This document shows, piece by piece, positions 58,117 to 64,000 of a DNA stretch of 64,000 nucleotides. Positions within the stretch are counted from its first letter, which is position 1. Every line of letters begins with the position of its first letter. Source of the DNA: an uncultured virus (IMG/VR IMGVR_UViG_3300046724_000456) (lineage: Duplodnaviria; Heunggongvirae; Uroviricota; Caudoviricetes); IMG/VR virus record IMGVR_UViG_3300046724_000456, one strand, 5' to 3'. The translations under genes were made by a program, and so were the position numbers. The notes beneath the pieces were generated by a model, which saw only the letters and a list, made by a program, of their open reading frames with translations, did no database searches and was not told the origin of the DNA.

Positions 58117-58130
58117 GGTATGCTCACCTC

Positions 58131-58259
58131 GCGCCCGTAGCTCAGACGCCAGTCCTCACGCCGGTCCGGAACGGTGAAAACCCTTAGGTGAGAGGAGTCA
58201 GGAAAAGAGCGACGCCGTCTCTACGGTGGAGGTCGTCGGTTGGCAGCCGGCCGGGCGCT
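58131..58259 (+). ncRNA. tRNA-Arg-like RNA with expanded D-loop
   Basis: 7-bp acceptor stem GCGCCCG/CGGGCGC, D-stem GCTC/GAGC around 63 nt, CGCCG/CGGTG arm, AGGTC, T-arm GTCGG-TTGGCAG-CCGGC; TATGCT -10 hexamer 6 nt upstream. Confidence 0.6.
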
Positions 58260-58270
58260 ATAGTTCAGGA

Positions 58271-60763
58271 ATGCCCTCCCCCCTCGGTTCCCAGCTCAAC
58301 GGCTACGACATCGAGTGGGACCCGCCCCGGTTCACCCCGCAGAAAGACGGCCGAACCCTCCTGGTGAAGTGCGCTTCCGACGGGGCAGTGCGCGCCGGCG
58401 CTCACATCGGTAACGATGGGCACATCTCGCACGTCGCGGTCGAGCCCTCCCCGTTCGGGGTCGAGGCGATGAAGATCCTCGCCATCCTGCTGCCGTAAAT
58501 GCTGCAACCTCCGGGGAAATAAACGTTCCCCCCTCCAGGTTCGGATGGTAGGGTGCGGCCATGAAGATCGAGATCAGGGTGACCGAGAGCGACGGGTGGA
58601 TCCGGGCGACCGCCGAAAGTGAGGGTGGTGTGCTCGGCGAGAGCGCGGCCCCGGTCGTCGACGGTGCCACCTTCGACCTCCGCGCCGCGGTGATCCGCGA
58701 CGTCGTCGAGCAGGCGCTGCGATGATGGAGGCCCAGCTCGCAGCGATCGAGAAGTTCTGCCGCGAGAACGAAGGCACCTTCGGCCTCGGCGTCGGCCAGA
58801 AGGGCGGCTGGTCGGCGATGCTCAATTTCGGCCGCGAGGCTCCCGACTCCCCGATGGCAGCCGGCTCGGCGATCGGCGGCGGCGGTCCGGAGACCACGGC
58901 TGCCGAAGCGATCACGGATCTCGTCGAAGAACTACATCTCGACTGCTGATGGCTGGCGACGACTTCGGCAAGCGCGTATATATCGTGGCCCGCGAGGGGC
59001 AGGGAACTCGATTCCTGGCCCACCGCGCGGATCTCGCGAACCCGCCTCACCACGCCGGTCAGACCCAGGAGGTTTCGGCCTTCTCGGAGACCGAAGCTAT
59101 CGCGATCGCCGCGGCCGGCTACGAACAGATGCACCCGCCGGCGGTTCTGGTCGACGCGATCGAAGACGCGATCTCCCAGGCGCAGGCCGGGCATCTCGAC
59201 CATGGGGTCCAGGCGCGCGCCGTCCTTGAGGCGATCGACAGGATCGGCCGCTGATGAAGGTTCTAGTCGTTAGGATGCCCGCCGCCGCGGCCCGCGACAA
59301 GCTGGCGATCTCGGTCGAGCTCGCCGGGCGCTCCGAAGAAATGGAGGAGGCCGACATCGTGATCGGCATCTGGGGCACCGACGACTCCGCCCACGTGATG
59401 AAGGATCGCTATGGCACCTACGGACTGGGCGAGGTCAACGTGGTCAACGCCCGTTCGATCGCGAAGGCGCTGCGGGAGAGTGATCCGCTATGAGCCGGAC
59501 ATTCGCCGGAGTGCCACTGTGAGGGCCTACACCGTCATCCGGTGGGTGCGGGCGGTCGACGAGCAGACCGTCTTTGCCAACACGGCCGAGGAAGCGGCAC
59601 AGAAATCAGACACTGGCGACGTCGAGGACTCCGAACGCACCGGTGAGGCCACCGGCATCCGATCGGTTCACCGAGACCCCGCCGAAGACGAGCGCTGCGC
59701 CGAAGCGTATGGACCTCACGATCCGAGGAAGGCCTGATGGCCGACGAGCTCACCCGCGAGACGCTCGATCGCCTGGCGCTCTCCTATGGAGGCAAGGTGG
59801 GGCTCGGCTGTGCTACACACCCCGACGTCGGCACCACTGCCCTCTATCAGGATGGCTCCGTTCGGATCCTCTGCCGGGAGTGCGGTTTCGAGGCGATGCG
59901 GGTGAAGGTTGCCCAGAAGGAGACCTCGTGATCTGCTGGGCCTGCAAGCTCGGGTTGCACGGTAAGTGCCTGGCCGGGGCGTGTGGCTGCGACGGGAAGT
60001 GCAAGGAGCGCCTGGAGGCCAAATACGCGCCGAAGGCCGAGAAGTGAAGTTCCGGGCCACCTCCTACTCGATGGGCTCGATCGTCGCCGTGGCGCACTTC
60101 GAGGCCCCCACCTACTCCGCCGCGCGCCGGCACCCGAAGGTTGCCGAACTCCCCGCCGCCGGCAGCAGCGACCGCGGCAAGGTCAAGGTCGTCGGGATCA
60201 AGCCGCTGCGATGAGCCTCCGAGAGAAAGCCGAAGCTGAAGTGGAGGCCGATCAGATGCGCGCCCGCGAACGCCGCGAGACCGAGGCGGAGCGTGCCCAC
60301 CGCCGCCATCTCGAAGACGCCAAGCCCGCGGCCGAGTGGTTATCGGACTGGTCAGGGATGTCGGTTGGTCCGCAGGAGCTAACACACGCCCCCAAGTACT
60401 TCCCTGGCTTCCACGCCTACAAAACCTGGAAGATGACGCTCGATGGCTTCGAGCTGGTGATCAAACAGGAGAAGCGTTACAAGCCGATGCTGGAGGAGCA
60501 CACACCCGACTGGGACTTCGAGCTCTACCAGAAGCTTGTTACTGGCGAGACTCGGCGTGTCAGCCGCCCGGCAGATCTCCTGGAGCCTGAGCGGACCGTG
60601 GCGTGATGGGTTCGGGAATTGACGACCCCGAAGTGGGCGGAGACGCGCTCTGGATCCTGATGATGGTGATCGGTGTCGTTCTCCTAGTGCTGATCCTCAC
60701 CCACAATGCGCCGCCCCACCACTGTCAGGCCGCGAAGAAGTGTCATGTTCACCCCCATCGGTA
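58271..60763 (+). CDS. Run of about eleven small hypothetical genes
   Basis: Chain of TGATG/RTGA-coupled ORFs (e.g. 58561-58725, 58722-58949, 58949-59254, 59254-59493, 59737-59931, 60211-60606); several are Cys-rich and one has a TM helix. Confidence 0.6.
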
Positions 60764-60773
60764 GAGGTCTCAG

Positions 60774-61070
60774 ATGATCTGGAAATTTTCCATCAAGGTG
60801 ACCGACGGTGTCCAGAGACTGACCATTCCCCGCGGGTCTGAAATCCTGTCGGTCGGCGACCAGCGATATATTCCCGGTCAGATCCAGGTCTGGGTGAAAG
60901 TGCCGCCGGAGACCAAGAACGACTGGTTTGAGGAACTCCGCAGTGAAGAACGGCGGCTCGTGGTCTGTGGCACCGGACAAATCACACCAGCCCCTGCGAC
61001 CTTCCTTGGAACAGTGTTACAGGCTGGTGATGCGCTTGCCTGGCATGTTTTCCTGGAGGGTGACAGATGA
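60774..61070 (+). CDS. Conserved small phage beta-protein
   Basis: IWKF...IPRGSEILSVGDQ...VWVKV...VCGTG...FLGTV...WHVF pattern. Confidence 0.65.
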   Translation: MIWKFSIKVTDGVQRLTIPRGSEILSVGDQRYIPGQIQVWVKVPPETKNDWFEELRSEERRLVVCGTGQITPAPATFLGTVLQAGDALAWHVFLEGDR

Positions 61071-61351
61071 GTCTCGACCCCCATCTATCCGAGGATGCGC
61101 CTGAGCCCGGCGACCGCCTGGGCGGCATCGCTGAGCGCCTCGGCAAGGCCTTCGACGCGGACCCGGAGAAGCAGGAGAATGACCGCCTGATGGTGCTAAT
61201 CGCGCCGCCGGTGAAGGGCGAACGAGGCATGATCTACTGTCACGATTACGAGGACGAGGAGATGATGCTCGACGACCTCGGGATCTACGTGAAAGCTCTG
61301 TTTGAGGCTCACGGTCAGCAGGTAACGGTGTTGCCGGTGGGGCAAGGATGA
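61067..61351 (+). CDS. Hypothetical protein
   Basis: GGAGG RBS; ATGA coupling on both sides. Confidence 0.6.
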   Translation: MSLDPHLSEDAPEPGDRLGGIAERLGKAFDADPEKQENDRLMVLIAPPVKGERGMIYCHDYEDEEMMLDDLGIYVKALFEAHGQQVTVLPVGQG

Positions 61352-61899
61352 AGGCAATCACCCTCACCCAGCCGTGGGCGACGCTGGTGGCGATCGGAGC
61401 GAAGCACTACGAGACTCGAAGCTGGGCACCTCCATTCCCCTCCGGGATCCTGGCGATCCACGCAGGCAAAGGGATCCCGAAAGAGCTCGGCGGCGAGAAG
61501 GGCCACTTGCGGCGCTGCGCGGAAGAGCCGTTCGCAAGTGTGCTGGCCGCGGCCGGGTATACGGCGTTGAACCTCCCCCGCGGCGAGGTCATTGCGATCA
61601 CTCAGGTCCACGGCTGCTTCACCACCAACTCGTTCCGGCCGGAGATGGTCGCAGAGGGCTGGGTTGATCCGTGGGGTGCCAATGGCGAGAGGTGGAAGGT
61701 CGAGCCCGCCGAGCACGAGGCGGCTTTTGGGAACTATGGCCCCGACCGGGTCGCGTGGGCACTCGGTGGCGTCATCGACCTTCTCGTTTCCTCAGAGTGG
61801 CGCTATCCCTGTCGCGGCCGGCAGAAAGTGTGGAATCTGCCGGACAAGATCGCTGACGAACTGAATGAGCGCATGAACATGGCGGCATTCTTACTGTGA
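61348..61899 (+). CDS. ASCH domain protein
   Basis: MKAITLTQPWATLVAIGAKHYETRSW...LAIHAG...LPRGEVI...GRQKVW. Confidence 0.88.
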   Translation: MKAITLTQPWATLVAIGAKHYETRSWAPPFPSGILAIHAGKGIPKELGGEKGHLRRCAEEPFASVLAAAGYTALNLPRGEVIAITQVHGCFTTNSFRPEMVAEGWVDPWGANGERWKVEPAEHEAAFGNYGPDRVAWALGGVIDLLVSSEWRYPCRGRQKVWNLPDKIADELNERMNMAAFLL

Positions 61900-64000
61900 G
61901 CGCCGAGCGCACCTTCATCGTCGGCGTGCCCAAACTGGAACTGGTAGAGGAGATCGAGGCACCCACGGCCGGCGACGCCGTTCACCGTCTGCTCGACAGT
62001 ACGAGCGGTGTCTTCGAGGAGAAGACGGATTCGGTCCCCTTCGGCGAAATCTTCGGCGAGATGGCACCATCGACAATCGCTTGGGTGATCGACACCAGGG
62101 ACGATTCGGTGACACGATTCAAGTTAGTACTGGGCTGGGATAAAACTACCGAGGCGATCAACTGATGACGGTCAACCCACCCAGGACCCGAGTGCCCACC
62201 GGGGCGCGGAGGGCGAAGGCGGGTCCCATCCACGTTGCCGGGTGCGCAAAGGCCGAGCATGAACGGACCGGCGTCCAAGTGGACATCATCAACTGGCAGG
62301 TCACGGAACCGCACGGAACTGACACGAAACTGGTCAGTTTCTTTTATGCGAATGACCTCGGGTTTGTGCGATGGGCGATCTACAAAGATGGCGAGTTCGT
62401 AGACGGAGGACAAGTCTGATGGGCGCGGCAGTCGCCTTGCTCTGGTTCTGTCTTTTCCTGCTGTACCTATTGACCAGCGGTGTGGCGAGCCTGGTCTTCT
62501 TCGTGTTGATGATCGTCGTGTCTGCCTGGGCGGGTCGCCTCGTCCGTGAACGGATGCATAGGCGATGAAGGCCGACGCCGAGCGCAATGTGCGCCTGGGC
62601 TGGTGCCCCTGCGGCAGTGAGTATGCCCACGAATGTGAGTGCCATGGCCTCTACAGGCTTGCGGTCTCCCAGGGGTTGAAGGAACCGGAGATCGAGCGTC
62701 ACACCCAACCTGACTACGGGCCGGTGTTCGACCAGGAGTTGTCGACCTACGGGACCTCAGTGAATCTCAGGCGGGATCAGTGAAGGCGCTGACCAAGGGG
62801 CAGATCGAGTTCCTTCAGTGCGTCGAGCCAAAGCGCTACGAACCCGAGCGCGAGCGAGAGGCGGCATTCATCGCGACGCGCTGGAACGTTCGCCATCGCC
62901 ATGACCCCCTGCTCACGACCGGTGCGGCTGAAGCGCGGCTCCGGCGGCTGGAGGCGCGAGGGTACGTCACTCCCAATTTCAACGGTGCCGCGCCGATCCG
63001 CTGGTGGTTGACGGCCGAAGGCATGAAGCTGGTGCCCGAACGTTCCCCCGGCCGGGTGAGGTAGGCAGTGATCTTCACGATCGACACCGAGGAGAAGGTC
63101 CAGGGCGTCTATCGCGTGGAGGCGGACAGCGCAGAGCAGGCCCAGGAACTCTTCGAGCAGGGCAGCGTGAATCCGCCGGTCATTTACGAGGCGGTCGAGA
63201 CGAAGATCGTCAGGATCGCGAGGGAGAACAATGTCTGAGGGGGAAGCCACAGAGTTCGAGGCCCGGATCGAAGCCAACAAGACCGGTGGGTGGAACTGGA
63301 CGATCGTCGCTACTAACGGGAGGTGGCCCTACTGGCTTAGTGGAACGGGGTCTCCCACCACAAGCGGATCGAACTGGTTCAAGTGGACAGCCCGTAGTGA
63401 TGCGCGCCATGCACTGAAGGTGATCCGGCGCTACATCAAGAGGGCCGAGCCAGAGACCATCAGATGATGAAAGCGGAGACACAGGCTGAACTCGTCGAAC
63501 GCTTCCGTGGCACCACCATGCGCGCGACGTCGACCCAATACGAGCTGCTCAAGGACCACATCAATCCATGTGGTCGCTGTGGGTACTGGACCCTCAACGA
63601 GCAACTCGACGACGACCAGCAGGAATGCGAAGCCTGTCGAGAGGAAGTCTGATGGGCGAGTTCAGTGTCGAAGACAAAGTGGCGCTGAGGCAGTTCAATG
63701 ATCGCTTCGACGAGGCCTTGGACCGGCTAGACGACATCGTCAACCGGCTCGGTTTCGCAGCCGAGAGCTTCACCGAGGCAGCCAACCGCTTGGAAGAGGC
63801 CGCTCGGCCGATGAATGACGCAGCGGACAAGATGCTGCGCGCCGGGAGAATGGGATGATCCTCCTACTTCTCTGGCTGTTCTTGATCACACTCGCGGCCG
63901 GCGCTGCGACGGGTTCCTATCTGTTGTTCTCGCTCGTCGTGCTGGTCGCTGCCTGCGCCCTCGCGAGTTGGGCCTGCTCTTCACTGGGGGGAAGATAATG
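61896..64000 (+). CDS. Run of about ten small hypothetical genes to the window end
   Basis: Coupled ORFs 61896-62165, 62165-62419, 62419-62568 (hydrophobic), 62565-62783, 62780-63064, 63068-63238, 63231-63467, 63464-63652, 63652-63858, 63855- (hydrophobic). Confidence 0.6.

Noticed and set aside
58146..58201. Hammerhead ribozyme or group I intron in the tRNA insert
   Set aside because: GAAA is present but there is no CTGANGA core, and the insert is far too short for a group I intron.
60606..64000. Hydrophobic small ORFs (60606, 62419, 63855) as holins
   Set aside because: They lie among small accessory genes far from any muralytic enzyme; hydrophobicity alone is insufficient.

Overview
High-GC (about 65% by eye) tailed dsDNA phage sequence of siphovirus type, with no recognisable host chromosomal genes. 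The host is probably an actinobacterium, inferred from TANNNT promoters on apparently leaderless genes, an Rpf-like transglycosylase and the GC content. Layout: packaging and head genes (1-12.9 kb); tail genes with two paralogous fibres and a zincin-containing protein (13.2-29.6 kb); a secreted Rpf-like enzyme; recombination and replication genes (SSAP, Cas4-like nuclease, initiator, DnaB, SSB; 30.8-37.3 kb); an ~8-kb cluster of six glycosyltransferase and three methyltransferase domains (37.3-45.4 kb); an SNF2 helicase and a sigma factor; a leftward block with a tyrosine recombinase, an orphan RuvB and a secreted matrixin (48.4-55.3 kb); a second sigma-like gene; a non-coding possible end/control region with a parS-like palindrome and a tRNA-like RNA carrying a ~56-nt D-loop insert; and a run of small rightward ORFs to the window end. 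Most promising leads: a possible virion glycosylation/methylation system with a recurrent Ala-Ser-Gly motif in virion proteins, the parS plus tRNA-like locus, an overprinted gene inside a methyltransferase-glycosyltransferase fusion, and the stand-alone secreted Rpf. All calls come from motif recognition and synteny by eye; no searches were run.
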